From Diplonema japonicum (taxonomy: Eukaryota; Protista; Euglenozoa: Diplonemea), in contig OZ025686.1 in assembly GCA_964019335.1 (NCBI GenBank), positions 186,001 to 250,000 of the forward strand: 64,000 nt of DNA, given 5' to 3'. Positions 49,151-61,274 of the stretch are shown here, piece by piece. Each line of letters begins with the position of its first letter. The stretch's first letter is position 1. A program made the position numbers and the translations under genes. The notes under the pieces were generated by a model that saw nothing but the letters and a program-made list of their open reading frames with translations, searched no databases and had not been told where the DNA came from.

Positions 49151-49417
49151 TACTTGATTACAGAGGGCGCACCTCGGCCTAGCTGTAGCTTCTTCTGCGT
49201 TCCGCGTTGTGTCCTTAATGCGTGCGGTGTGCAGCTCAACCCCAGCCGGGGCGCCCCGGGTAACCAAGATTCTGAGCCCGTGTAGTTTGCTGCCTGTTCG
49301 CCACCCAGAGCATCTGCTTCTTCCACTTGGGCGCTACCGGTGATGACCGACGAGGAGGTCAACAGCGAACAACACATCTGATGTACTTCTTTATATTTCC
49401 ATGTTATCCCCACCACC
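49151..49417 (-). mobile_element. Ribozyme-headed short interspersed element, copy 2
   Basis: Homologous to 41502-41761 and 59351-59619. Confidence 0.8.
49289..49417 (-). ncRNA. HDV-like self-cleaving ribozyme, copy 2
   Basis: Same core as copy 1; J4/2 reads GGCGAA as in genomic HDV (catalytic C at 49300). Confidence 0.85.
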
Positions 49418-49419
49418 TG

Positions 49420-49454
<35 letters not shown>

Positions 49455-50293
49455 AGTCGCCATTCTTTTACATGTGAGGCTTAAGGGGAGGTCCGTGCTC
49501 CCCAAGACCACGTATACCTTGAAAAAAAAAAAAAAAAAAAAAAAAAAGAGGGGAGAAATAAATGTTGCCGTTTAGCCAGGCGTTGCAGTTTTTCCAGCTA
49601 GGGCGAGATTTTTGGGGGATTGCAAGGATGGGGAGGGGAGGGGGGATCAAAAAATTAAAAGTATGCCGCTGATCAATACGCGCCTCTTCAACCATAATGA
49701 AAACTGCGGTTTTTTGCAATGAAATAAAATTGGAGGTATATCGAACGAGTAAAAACTGAAAAAAAAGGGGGGGGCATAATTTTTTTAAAAAAAATTGAAA
49801 ATAAAAATTAAAAAAAAACCACATAATTCACGCCCAATGGAACTTTTTTTTTTTAAATTTATTTTTAACGGAACGACTTATGAAAAAGTGTTGTGGGGAA
49901 AGAACGTAGTGTAAACAGGAAAGAAAAACAACCAAATAAAAAAAAAAAACTTTTTTTTTTTTGCTATATATGACTCAGTGTATATAGTATTTCTTCTTTT
50001 CTTTTTTTTTTTTGCTAGCGGAAACAGAAAAGAAAAAAAAATTGGGGGAGTGGGAGGAAGGAGAGTGCTTTTCTCTTTTTTTTCTTTTCCCTCCTTCTCC
50101 CCCTCCTTTTTTTCCCCTCCCACCATAAATCACTGACAAGAGGCACATTGACCCCCCTCCCCTCGTTTTTTCAGTGCTTTTGTTCTTTCCTCTAAGTAAA
50201 AATCCGCCCCCGAAGAATGAGGAATTATGATAGCCGGGATAACTACCTTCCTTATATCTTCATCAACTCCCCGTTCCCCTTTTTTTTTATTGC

Positions 50294-50325
<32 letters not shown>

Positions 50326-50372
50326 CCCGGCAGAACGGGGGTTAACAGTATTCCTTTTTCTTTTTTGTTTTT

Positions 50373-50414
<42 letters not shown>

Positions 50415-50544
50415 GTAAACAAACGGACGTGATACCAAATGCTTCATATGAGTGGGTGGAGAGAGGGGAAGGGAGGAGGAATGCAGGCAACATCCCATCA
50501 GAAAAAAAAAAAATTTCCCCCAACACGTGTATGCAGAGGGAAAG

Positions 50545-50580
<36 letters not shown>

Positions 50581-50853
50581 GCTGCCTTAAGTAAAGGAGT
50601 CAGCCTTTCTTCCAGTCTTGAGCCGGACGAAGGTAATGTGTAGATTGGGGGGGGTCTAAAAAAAAGGGGTAGGATAGCATAAAAAATAAAAAAGTTCGCT
50701 GTGATGGAGGTTGCGGGAAGTGTTTGGCAACACCCCACCGAGAAAAGAAAAAAAAAAGAACAAAAGGAAGACCAATTCTTTCTTTCCTCTTCCCCCATTT
50801 TTTTTTTTTTTTTTTTTGAATATCATTATCAGGAATACATTCAGCTGAGGATG

Positions 50854-50884
<31 letters not shown>

Positions 50885-51679
50885 CCATATTGATATCTAA
50901 CTTTATTGGAGTCACAAAGGAGGAAGGGGATTTCAATGCAAAATAAAATTGGTCTGGAAAAAAAAAAAAAAAAAAAAAAAGGAAGCTTGCAATGGTACAC
51001 GAAATTTGAAACGGATGGAAGTACTATTGAACGTTTCTTTTTTATTTTTTTTTTAAAAAATACTATTTTCCCTCCCCGTTTGCAGCTGAAAAGCTAGCAC
51101 GAAACTTTTGTTTCCCAGTGCCGTAGTTGGTCCTTATATTTCCGGGGAAAGTTTCATAATTTTATCTGTTTCAAACATTTTCCGTTCTGAAGTCTTTTAT
51201 TTCTTCCTTTTTTTTTGACAATTATAGGGAAAACTTTTTCCACGCGGTGCAGAAGAAAGGGCAAAAAAGGGGGGGGGAAAAAAAAAAGAAAAAACATAAG
51301 GAAAAGAAGAATAAACGACCGCAGTCGCAAAAGGCAGAGGTTGCAAGAGAATTAAATCTTTTGGCTAATTTCGCCCCCCCCTTTTTTTGTTCTTCTCCCT
51401 TTTATTTTTTCGTGGTTCTGCTTGTTTGCTGCCCCCCCCCCCCCCCCCCCCTCTTCTTGTTCCCTTTTTCTGTAAAGCGGGTTGTTTTCCTGGCATTAAG
51501 CCAACTGGTCTCCCGTACAAAAAACCTGTAGATTTCTTTAGCCACTATATTTTTTTAGAGCCTTTTTTTTTTATCATAAAAAAAAAAGGGGTTTTCTTTT
51601 TTTTCCCCCCCACCCTGTCATAATTTCAGTAGCATAACAACATGACGTAGGTAGCCTCCACCAAGGGCTGCTTTCACAT

Positions 51680-51717
<38 letters not shown>

Positions 51718-52098
51718 ATTGTAAAGAGCAATTACAGGTATTAAATATATTATTATATTTTTGTTTTGTTTTTGCTTTGTTTCGGGATGAAAAAATTTTT
51801 TTTAAAAAAAAGGGGAAAGACAAAAAAAAAAAAAATGTGAATGTAAGAGAGGAAGAATAAGATAAAAAGAAATAGATATGGAGAGGAGAGGAAGAATACC
51901 TTACCGCAAGGTGCAGTGAGGTTGAACATAGAATGAAAGAAGAAGAAGAAAAAAAAGAATAACTTTTTAAACATGCCCCACACCATCTGGCCATAATGAC
52001 CAGTTTACCTCAGGGGCAGTCCTTATGGTAAACTATCATCGTTGCCTGATCCCTTGGCACTGGTCGGCTAAAACCAGATTGGTCTCGGATGTGTGCAC

Positions 52099-52134
<36 letters not shown>

Positions 52135-52266
52135 ATGCTCACACAGGTTTATCACACAAAAAAAAAAAAAATGTATCAAAATGGGGGTGGGGGAGGCGCC
52201 GGGGGTTGGACGCCAATAATAAATAATAAAAAAAAAAATATATGAACCACTTTTTTATTTTTTTTT

Positions 52267-53328
52267 TTATTTTGCAACCCTTTGCCAAAGCTGCTTGTGG
52301 GCGATGATGGTGCTGAGAGGGGTTTTCCCTCTACAATCAGCCATTTCCGCGGAGTCCCATTTCTGCAGCGCGAGGAGAAGGTACCTGAGCATGGCTTTGA
52401 TCTGCGAAATCTTAGTAAGCGCATCAGCAGCATTCGTGGTCGGGTCCGCCAGGTCACAAATAGAAACAGGGTCGTTTGGGTGCAGCTTGGCACCGCTAGC
52501 AAGAAGCGTCTGGAACTCATCAAGAGGGTTCACAGACGTGGTAGAAAAATCAAACGAGCTCCCGTAAGTTTGCAAGAAGTCCTTCAACAAATCTCCGGGC
52601 GCCACCTTCACACCCTCATACTTACGGAGAATGTGGAACACCATTAAAGAAAGAGCATAACCAGACACACCACCAGACGCAACATCTGTCAAAGAACACT
52701 GGTTTAACACAGTGCGTAAAACGAACAAAACCCCCCCAGCAGCAGGTTGTTCTGCAAAGATCTTCCTCATCCTGGCCACAGCGTAACGAACAGGCGAAGT
52801 ATGCGTGGTCAGCGTTATGTTAATCACTAGCCCTGTCCTGGAGTCAGTTACCTTAACAAAGGCATCGGTAGCACCTTCCAGTACACATGATGTTCGAAGC
52901 CCAAGAGCGTAAAGGTATGATTTGAAAGGTTCGGTGTATCCTGTTAAGTACGTTCCGCAGGATTCAACAACTAGGTCCAGCTCTGAGGAGGGGAGGGACA
53001 GCCCGCATGCATGGGAGCCGTATACTTTTACTGTTGAGGAGGCCCAGAAGTAGGATGCAGCCTGTTGTATTACCGACCTTGCCATCTGTCTCATCACCTT
53101 CTCCTGTGTGTTTAGACCGATGAACTTTGCGAAGCATTCTATTTCCTGGTCCAGGGTTATGCACTCGAAGTCGCCCTCTATCCATGGGACGGCGACCTCC
53201 TTCTCCTTCTTGCCCAGGGAGGACTCCCCTTCGCTTCTCACTTCGTCCGTTCCGTACTCAGATGTGTCGTCGGCCTTTCTCTCCGCCTCGATGGCCACGG
53301 TGCTCGGGGTCTCTGGTTCTGTGGTCAT
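52267..53328 (-). CDS. Trf4/PAPD5-like non-canonical poly(A) polymerase homolog with degenerate active site
   Basis: VYGSHACGLSLPSSELDLVV, GGVSGYALSLMV, DLLKDFLQTYG, ICDLADPTTN; start at MTTEPE. Confidence 0.85.
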   Translation of the reverse strand: MTTEPETPSTVAIEAERKADDTSEYGTDEVRSEGESSLGKKEKEVAVPWIEGDFECITLDQEIECFAKFIGLNTQEKVMRQMARSVIQQAASYFWASSTVKVYGSHACGLSLPSSELDLVVESCGTYLTGYTEPFKSYLYALGLRTSCVLEGATDAFVKVTDSRTGLVINITLTTHTSPVRYAVARMRKIFAEQPAAGGVLFVLRTVLNQCSLTDVASGGVSGYALSLMVFHILRKYEGVKVAPGDLLKDFLQTYGSSFDFSTTSVNPLDEFQTLLASGAKLHPNDPVSICDLADPTTNAADALTKISQIKAMLRYLLLALQKWDSAEMADCRGKTPLSTIIAHKQLWQRVAK

Positions 53329-53476
53329 TTTTTTTTTTTTGCTTTTATTGGATGGGGGGGGGTTTTTTTTTGTAGTAATGGAGGAGGGAAAGTATATGGG
53401 AAAAAGAGAGAGTGGAACAAAAAAAAAATGAAGAATAAAAAAAAGGTGTAGGAAAGAGGGGAGGGAGGTATTTTGG

Positions 53477-53513
<37 letters not shown>

Positions 53514-53550
53514 GTGTGTTTAAGGGCAAATCCCACTTGAGGACCACCCT

Positions 53551-53587
<37 letters not shown>

Positions 53588-53651
53588 GGAAGGGATTAAA
53601 AGAAGAAAAAGAAACGGAGCTCATGTGTGAACGGGGGATAAAAAAAAAAAA

Positions 53652-53691
53652 GAGACATTTAAGGGTACCTGCGGTGTGTGGCAGGACGCCT
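53652..53691. repeat. 40-nt dispersed hairpin repeat, copy 2
   Basis: 39/40 identical to 11575-11614. Confidence 0.85.
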
Positions 53692-54638
53692 TTAAAAAAA
53701 AGACGAAAGTACGTGTGCAGAATGGGGGGGAGGGTGGGGAAGGACTTAAAGAAGAACAGAAAGGAAGGGGAAAGAGGGGGTGACACTTCTCCGCAACTCC
53801 ATCCCCTTGTCCTCACCCTTCCTCCCTTTTTAATTGTTCTATTCTTTTCACCCTTTCCCCCTTTCTTCTAGCTGGTGTGAAAGAAAAGGGAAAGAAAAGA
53901 CAAAAAAAAGGGGGGGTGCGCTACAGCATGAGAAAGAGGAAACAATGACATAAAGTGCACTTTTCTTTTTTGCCTCATGCAAAAAGAAAGGGCAGGGTAA
54001 GTAACGGTAAGGAGAACTTATAAACTAGTACGTGCACTAAAAAAAAAAAGAGAGAGAGAACAGAACGCCAACTAGGTAAGTTATAGAAAAGGGAAAAGGG
54101 CGGGGGAGATCGAGAAAAAGAGGAAATTCTGGTTTTTCTGTTTTTTTTATTTTTTTATTTAAAGGTGATCATTTGTCTTCTCTCGTTTTTCTCTTCTTCC
54201 CCTCCATTTTCCCCCTTTATTTTTTTAATATTTCTTTTTTGTTTCTAAGTTTCTTTTTTTTTTTTACTTAAAACGGAAAAACAAGAAAATAATTTAAAAA
54301 AAAAAAGACATTTAAATAAAAGTAGTATCATAAACACGACAAAAATCTTTTTTTTTTCTTCCCCACAATACATACAGAAAAAGAAGAAGGAAAAAAAAAA
54401 AAGAACTGCTGGATTTATGCATTGAACACCATCAGGTCGCTGAATTACATGTATAAAAAAAAAAAAAAAAAAAAAAAAGAAGAGAGAGAGAGAGGACTTT
54501 GGTTGCCTCCTATGTTTTTGACAGGTCAAAGACGACATTGATCTGGAAGAAAAAAAAAATCAAGCCCTTTTGTTTTTCTTTTCTTTAAAAAAGAAATATG
54601 TGCATAGCAACACATGATTTTAAAACCGGACGTGCATG

Positions 54639-54669
<31 letters not shown>

Positions 54670-56476
54670 TTTTTTTCCCTGTTCTCTTATTTGAAAGAAC
54701 GAGATAAAAGGGGGGGTGAGGGACGAGGAAATGGGGGGGGGGGGGGGACAGTAAAAATAAAAGACTTTTCGTCACTACAGGAGGACAGGCCTCAAAGAAA
54801 GGAATGGGTGAGCACGGTATACATTAACCCCAATCACCCCTCCTTTTTTTTTTTTAAACCCCTTTTCCCCTTCCGCCAACGCTCCCTTTGCTTTTCTCGG
54901 TTTCTTTCTTTCTTTTTTTTTTTTTTTTTTTCCAGTTCTACAAAAAAAAGTGGGGATCGTGGAACCTGCGCCCCTCCCACTCCTCCTGGGCCTTTACCCA
55001 ATTCCTGGGTGGTTTTAAACCATAAAAGGGGGGGGGGGTAAAAAGAAAATAATTTAGAGGGGCGTAACAGCCAAAGCTCTGTATCAGTTTAAAGTTTAAA
55101 TTGGGGAAAGACAGGGAAAAGGAGTATGATCAAAAAATAGGTGGAAGAGAGAGAGAAAGGGGTTATGGATGGGGAGGAGGGAAAGAAGAAAGGAAGAAAA
55201 AAATGCATTTGACAATTTTCCGCAATTTGACACATTAAATAAAAAAAAAGAAGGAGAAGGAGAAGAGGAAGGGGGGGGGGGGGGGTAGAAGATGGCCGTT
55301 TTAACACACAGCCCAGTTAATAAAAGGGAAGAACAAAAAAAGGAAAGAAATAAACAGAGTGAGAACATAGATTTTTTTTTAAAATTTCTTTTTTTTTTCC
55401 AGAAATTACTTTTTATTCGGGAAAAAAAAAATTCACTATTGATAGGAACGAAGTGGTTAGCAACGGCCCGCAAAAAAAAAAAAAAAAAAAAAAAGAATTG
55501 GAAAGAACAAATGAAAAAAAGAAAAAGAGAGAAAATAAAAGAAGAGAGAAAAAAAAAGAAAAAAAAACCCATAATGCTGTTGCGTATATATTTGTCCGCA
55601 TACCTTTTTTTTTTTTTTTTTGGTATACATTACTAGGGGGTTAATCTTTTTTTTTTTTTACCCCTCATTTTTTTTCTTCCTCTTTTTTTTTTTTAAAAAA
55701 AAGAAGAAACGTTCGTAGATATGAAAAAAAAAGGGGGCGAGGAACGGATAGGATGTGTGCTTGCACTTTTTAAGCATGGGTAGATTTTGATCGCTTGTTT
55801 AAAAAAAAAAAGAAAAACTATTATAGAGAGAACGGCCCTGAACCCCCAACACCCTGTGCAAGTAAGTTTGTTTTCTGTATTAGAAAATTTTTTTTAGTTT
55901 AGAATAAACGTTACCCTGCACAAGTTTAAACAAAAAAAGGGGGGCCTTTTTTTTTAAAGGTATATAAGGGGGAGCCAGAGGAGGAAAAAAAAAAGTGATC
56001 AAAAATCGTCCAGAGACATGGCAATAGTGCAAAAAAGAAGAAGAAAAAAAAAACTTTTTTTATTTGCAAGGAAATAAAAAAAAAAAAAAAAACGAGAAAA
56101 AAAAAGAAAGAATGAAACATTCTCTCACTCATTTAAAAAAAAAAAAATCTTTTCCTTTTTTTTTTAGGGAGGGGGTGAAACATGGGTTCTAGTAGTTTGT
56201 TGCTAGCTTTTGTTTTTTGTTTTTTTTTACAAAAAAAGGGTCATTTTAGGGGAATTAAGGCAGGGTAGAGGTGAGGAAGACATGGAAACAAGATTTGACA
56301 GAGATTTGAACTCAGTCGGTAGGACAACTGTGTCCCTTATTTCCCTCTTTCCCACCCCCTTTCCCTCCCGTTTTCCCTCCCCCTTTTCCTTATAAGTTTT
56401 CATTTTTTTTTGTAATTCCTCCAACCTTTATTAATTTTCCCCCCCCCCCATAAAATAGATTCGTTATTTTCTCCCC

Positions 56477-56507
<31 letters not shown>

Positions 56508-56711
56508 GCTCTTTCCCCCCCTTTTTTTTCCGGTGGAGATTCTAAAAAAAATAAAATAAAATAAAATAAAATAAAATAAAAACTTTTTTTTTAATTCTTC
56601 ACTATGGCAACGCCAACAAAAAAAAAAAAAAAAAAAATGGGAGGGAATGTGGGAGGGGGTAATACGGGGAAACAAAAAAAAAAAAAAAAAAAGGATTTAT
56701 ATATATATATA

Positions 56712-57758
56712 TTATTCAGTAGTAATGAATGTCGATAAAATGCAAGGGTAATCAGCATAATCAGGGTGTTTGGGGTTCCACCCCTTGATAGCCAAGCTGC
56801 AGTATGCGAACATTGATTTAATTTGCTGGAACTTCGAGGCGCCATTCGCCAAATTGTGCATCTGGTCTGTGAAGTCGATTACGTACAAAGGATCCTGCTG
56901 CCCCTCCTCCTTCCTAGGAACCAAGCACCCGTAAGGCGCAATCACACACTTTCCAAGACCCACCGCTCCCGACCCGAAAAAATCGAGGAATTTCGTTAAA
57001 AGCTGTGAAGACGACGGCGGGCAACCCTGATCCCTACATAACGTATTGTAACAGTAAAACACCATCATAAGTAGAGCATAAGATGACAGCCCACCCTTTG
57101 TAGCATCCTTCAACTTACATTGCGTGAGCAGAGTTCTCAGAATCTTGTAAACGGGAGCAACGGAGGGTGACATATCCAACATTTTCTTCACCTTTAGTGC
57201 AATGGCACGCGCTGGCGATCGCGATGCCGTCAACGTAATGTTGATGTCTAGCCTCGATCTTGTTGGGTCCGACAGTTTGACAAAAGCGTCTGTGGAAGTA
57301 ATAGCCTCACCCGTGCGGATAAACCCTAAGTTTTCAAGTTCCATGCAGAAGGGGTAAAACATAGCAGATAGGCTTTCCCCGCATCCTTCAACAACTAGAT
57401 CCACGTCGCTGGAGGGAACTGATGTCCCGTAGGCACCGGACCCGTACTTCTTTACCACAGCGTCGTCCCAGAAGTAGTTGCATATCATCTGGATGTTGCC
57501 CCGCACGCTGTTTCGCTGGCTGGTCTCCTCCTCCTTCAGCATGAGTTTGTCCGCGACGCCACGTATTTCTCTGTCTAGGTTCCCGTAGGCAGATTCGTCC
57601 ATCATGCTCGCCCACCCAGGGAGAACCATGCTGCTCTGGCTGTGCGAGCTTCCGAGATCGCCCTCTGAGCTTGACATGCAAGACGACCCTGAAACATCAC
57701 AAGTTTGACTGTTGATGCTCGAGTCATCGTAGACAGAGAGGTCAGGTTGACGTGGCAT
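56712..57758 (-). CDS. Trf4/PAPD5-like nucleotidyltransferase homolog, paralog 2
   Basis: YGSGAYGTSVPSSDVDLVV, GGLSSYALLMMV, LLTKFLDFFG; start at MPRQPD. Confidence 0.85.
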   Translation of the reverse strand: MPRQPDLSVYDDSSINSQTCDVSGSSCMSSSEGDLGSSHSQSSMVLPGWASMMDESAYGNLDREIRGVADKLMLKEEETSQRNSVRGNIQMICNYFWDDAVVKKYGSGAYGTSVPSSDVDLVVEGCGESLSAMFYPFCMELENLGFIRTGEAITSTDAFVKLSDPTRSRLDINITLTASRSPARAIALKVKKMLDMSPSVAPVYKILRTLLTQCKLKDATKGGLSSYALLMMVFYCYNTLCRDQGCPPSSSQLLTKFLDFFGSGAVGLGKCVIAPYGCLVPRKEEGQQDPLYVIDFTDQMHNLANGASKFQQIKSMFAYCSLAIKGWNPKHPDYADYPCILSTFITTE

Positions 57759-58424
57759 AGTTTTTTTTTTTTTTTTTGTTCTCTTTTTTTTTTTTTTTTT
57801 TTCCAAAAATGGAGAATTTTTGAAAAAAAAAAAAAAAGAAAAATAAATAAAAATTGTGTTTGTGGTACCGTTTTTTTTTTTTTTTTTTTTTAAATGGAAC
57901 GGGGGGGAACGGGGGATTAGGGGGGGAGGGTGAATGGGTTATTATTTTTTTATTTTCCTTTTTTTTAATAAAGATCACCTGTCATTTTATTCCGGAAGGG
58001 GGTCTTCACAGTTCCCCGGGGGGGGGGGGGGGGGGCTCAAACTAGGTAGATCTAGGTAGATATGGCAAAAAATATAAAAATATAAAAGAGGGGGGGGGGG
58101 AGGATTTCCCCATTTTGTTTCATTTTTTTTATTTTGAATTTATTTATTTTTTTTTTTGGGTATGGTACACGATGTTCTTCTTTTTTCCGGAAGGACAAAA
58201 AAGAAGAAGAAAAAAAAAGACGAACGCATTTCTGACACCATGATAAGATGAGCAGTACCACAAAACCAAGGTGCTATGTTGTATTTGTGTTGTCAGTGAA
58301 CGCTTTACTAAGTTCCTTGGTTTTGGGCTTTACCATGTTGAACGCATCCTCAAGGATTTCCTCAACCTTTTTTTGTTGATTTTCTCTAGCCAAAATCCCT
58401 GGGAATCCAGAAAAAGAAATAAAA

Positions 58425-58459
<35 letters not shown>

Positions 58460-59350
58460 ACGAACCCATACAAGGAGAGAAGTAAGTGAAAAAAAATAAA
58501 ATAAAATAGAAACTTCAGGATAGGTATTTACCCCCCCCCCCCCCACACTGCGAACAGTAGTAAAAAAAGGAGACTTGACTGAAACCGAGGATATACTTCG
58601 CCCGACTGGTACCTGCAGCTGATACTTACTTTCTTGCCTGTTGGATTACAGCAAAATATGGAAATCCTAATTTTTTTTTTTTTTTTGAGTTTGCAATTTT
58701 TTCAGGTAACGGGTCTTACAGAGGTTACATTTGCTGGACAAAATAAAAAAAGGTTGGAGGGAGAAAAAAAAAAAAAAAAAAGAGTGAGATCGAGGTGTCG
58801 TGTTGTACAAGTCAAACCACTTTTATTTTTCTGTTCTCAGTTTCTCCCCCCCCCCCCCCCCCCGGAAAAAACTGAATTCAAAGTATTTCTTTTGTTACAC
58901 GGGTTAGGTGAAAACCCGCACATTTTCTTCTTTTTTTTTGTTCTTTTTTAGAATAAAATAGACGGCACGATGGAAAGTGATGGGAGAAAGAAAAGGAGAA
59001 AGAGAATAAGAAAGAAAAGGGGAAGAAGAAAAAAAAAAAAAAAAAAGGGTAAAAAAAACCCCCCCTATTTCACCCATGTTCGTACAGAGAAGGGGGGAGA
59101 AATGAAAAAAAAGAAATACCAGTTGTCTAGCAGTTTTTTTTTTTCCTGGTCCCTTCTCTTTTTTTTTTTCCTCTCTCTTTTCTTCGGTTGCCGCGCTCTT
59201 AATTTCCTAGAAAATAGTGATGAGTGCGTACAATAAAACTCAGCGTTAGGCTTAGTTTTTTTTTTTTTTTTTTTTTTTTTTTCTTTTTTTTCCACTCACA
59301 TTTCTCTGTCACGATTCACCACCACTTTTTTTTATTTTCTTTTTTTTAAG

Positions 59351-59484
59351 GGTGGTGGGGATAACATGAAAATATAAGAAGTACATCAGATGTGTTGTTC
59401 GCTGTTGACCTCCTCGTCGGTCATCACCGGTAGCGCCCGAGTGGAAGAACGTAACGCAGATGCTCAGGGTGACGAACAGGCAGC
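59351..59484 (+). ncRNA. HDV-like self-cleaving ribozyme, copy 3
   Basis: GGTGGTG-(J1/2)-GCTGTTG-ACC-TCCTCGTC-GGT-CATCACC-GG-TAG-CGCCC...GGGTG-A-CGAA-CAGGCAGC; catalytic C at 59473. Confidence 0.85.
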
Positions 59485-59619
59485 AAACTGCACGAGCGCA
59501 GAATCTTGGTTACCCGGGACGCACCGGCTAGGGTTGAGCACACCGCACGCATTAAGGACACGACGCGGAACGCAGAAGAAGCTACTGCTCGGCCGAGGAG
59601 CGCCCCCTGTAATCAAGTA
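59351..59619 (+). mobile_element. Ribozyme-headed short interspersed element, copy 3 (opposite orientation)
   Basis: Reverse-complement homolog of copies 1 and 2. Confidence 0.8.
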
Positions 59620-59779
59620 GGTAGTTCGTGCTTCATTGCACGCTTAACGCCACCTAGTGTTGCAATCAAAGCCCCATTTTTTTTCTTTCATTTTCAAGAA
59701 GGAACAAGAGGAGGGAATAAAAAACCTTTAGTGTAAAAAATTAAAGAGAGAAAAATGCTTCACAACACCAAATGTGTCG

Positions 59780-59821
<42 letters not shown>

Positions 59822-60512
59822 AACAACAACAACAACAACAAACAACATCACTCCCTATTTTTTTTTTTTTTTAAATGCATAGAGAATATTAATACAAGGG
59901 AACGGACTACAAATGACACAATTTCATGAAGCGGGGGAGGGGAGGGTCTCTCTTTTTCTTTTAATTTGTTCATTCCCTGCAACTCAAAAAAATAAGAATT
60001 GTTCCTCTCTTTACTTAGATAGTTTTTTTTTTCTCTTTTTTTTTTCTCCTTCTTTTTCCGTATCTTGCAAAACTTATTTAAGACTACTTTTTTTAAGATT
60101 TTTGGATTTGTCTTTATTAGGGATTTCTTTTTTTTTTAAAACGAAATCTTGCAAAAAAGGTTGGCTAAGAAAACTATTAGAAAACCTTGATACCGGACGG
60201 ACGCAAGGGACTGTAGTTTTTCGTTTTCGAATTTTCGAATTTTTTTTTTTCTTCGTTGTTCGAGCAAATGACCAAAAAAGAAAAAAAAAAAAAAAAAAAA
60301 AAAAAAGCTATTCACACGGATTTAAAAAACTTCGCCGAATTATTCTGGAAACAAAAAAAAAAGCAAAAATTTCCCCCTGTGCCCTACAGAAGGGGGGGGA
60401 TCAACAAAAAAAAGCAACCCTAAAACAATCCTAAAAAAAGACTTTGCCACCCCCCCCCCCCCCCCCCCACGCTCACATTTTTTTTCAATTCTTTTTTTTT
60501 TTATATATATAT

Positions 60513-61274
60513 GAGCTCGTCCGGAAAAAAATGTCAACAAATGACCCTCCTATGCGGCGGAAAACCCCCGTTAAATTTCTAAGTAAAAAAGTAGTCCGAC
60601 ACCACTTTGTGTGCAGAAATGCAGTCTAAGCTTGAACACCATATAGGTCAAAATGCTCGCCGTTTGTTTTATTTTTAAAACGCACGTGCAAAAACATGTT
60701 TTTTAGAATGGTTTTTGGCAAACGATTCAATTTGGAAGTTGCAAATAACCCAGACTCCATTTTTTATTCTGGTTTTTTCCGTGAAAAGTGACAGGAGGAA
60801 TGGACGCAGACTGAAAATCTGTGAAACCTTTGGGGTCATTTTGGGTGGGATGGACTCTAAATCACTATTAAAATGGGGTGGGGAGAACTTACCCTTACAG
60901 TGCCATTTTGGCCTATTTAAGGCTAAAATCCCTTTAAAACCCCTTGAAAAAGCAAAATTTTCACTTTTAAAGTATTATGAGTGCAAAAGAAAAGGAAAAA
61001 CCTCAGCAGATGGGAGATGCTGCAATAAAATTGCATTTTAAACATTTTTCGCCGTTTTTCTGACCTCTATTTTTCGCTTCCCGGGGGCAGCCGGTTGCAA
61101 AGCCTGCCACCCTCATGGCAAAACAAGCATCGCAATTGAAAGAACGGCGTCATGTACACCATTTATGTCATCTTCCTATGGTTGCATGCTGCCCTTTTTT
61201 TTGCTCAAATAATCAAAACAAGAAATTTTCGGAGGTGCCCAAAAAAGTGTTGACATTTTCGTCCGGACGAGCTC
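60513..61274. mobile_element. Non-autonomous DNA transposon with ~27-bp TIRs and ATAT target duplication, Sola-like termini
   Basis: ATAT|GAGCTCGTCCGGAAAAAAATGTCAACA ... TGTTGACATTTTCGTCCGGACGAGCTC|ATAT; no transposase ORF. Confidence 0.82.

Noticed and set aside
50171-50266. Possible box C/D snoRNA on the minus strand (TTGATGA...CTGA)
   Set aside because: No terminal stem and no convincing rRNA guide identifiable by eye; would need snoscan.
59821-59846. (CAA)n and other microsatellites such as (TAAAA)n at 56551 and (TTG)n at 62886
   Set aside because: Ordinary simple repeats in a low-complexity genome.
47700-60450. Many short poly-K/poly-F ORFs in spacers
   Set aside because: Translations of A/T homopolymer runs.
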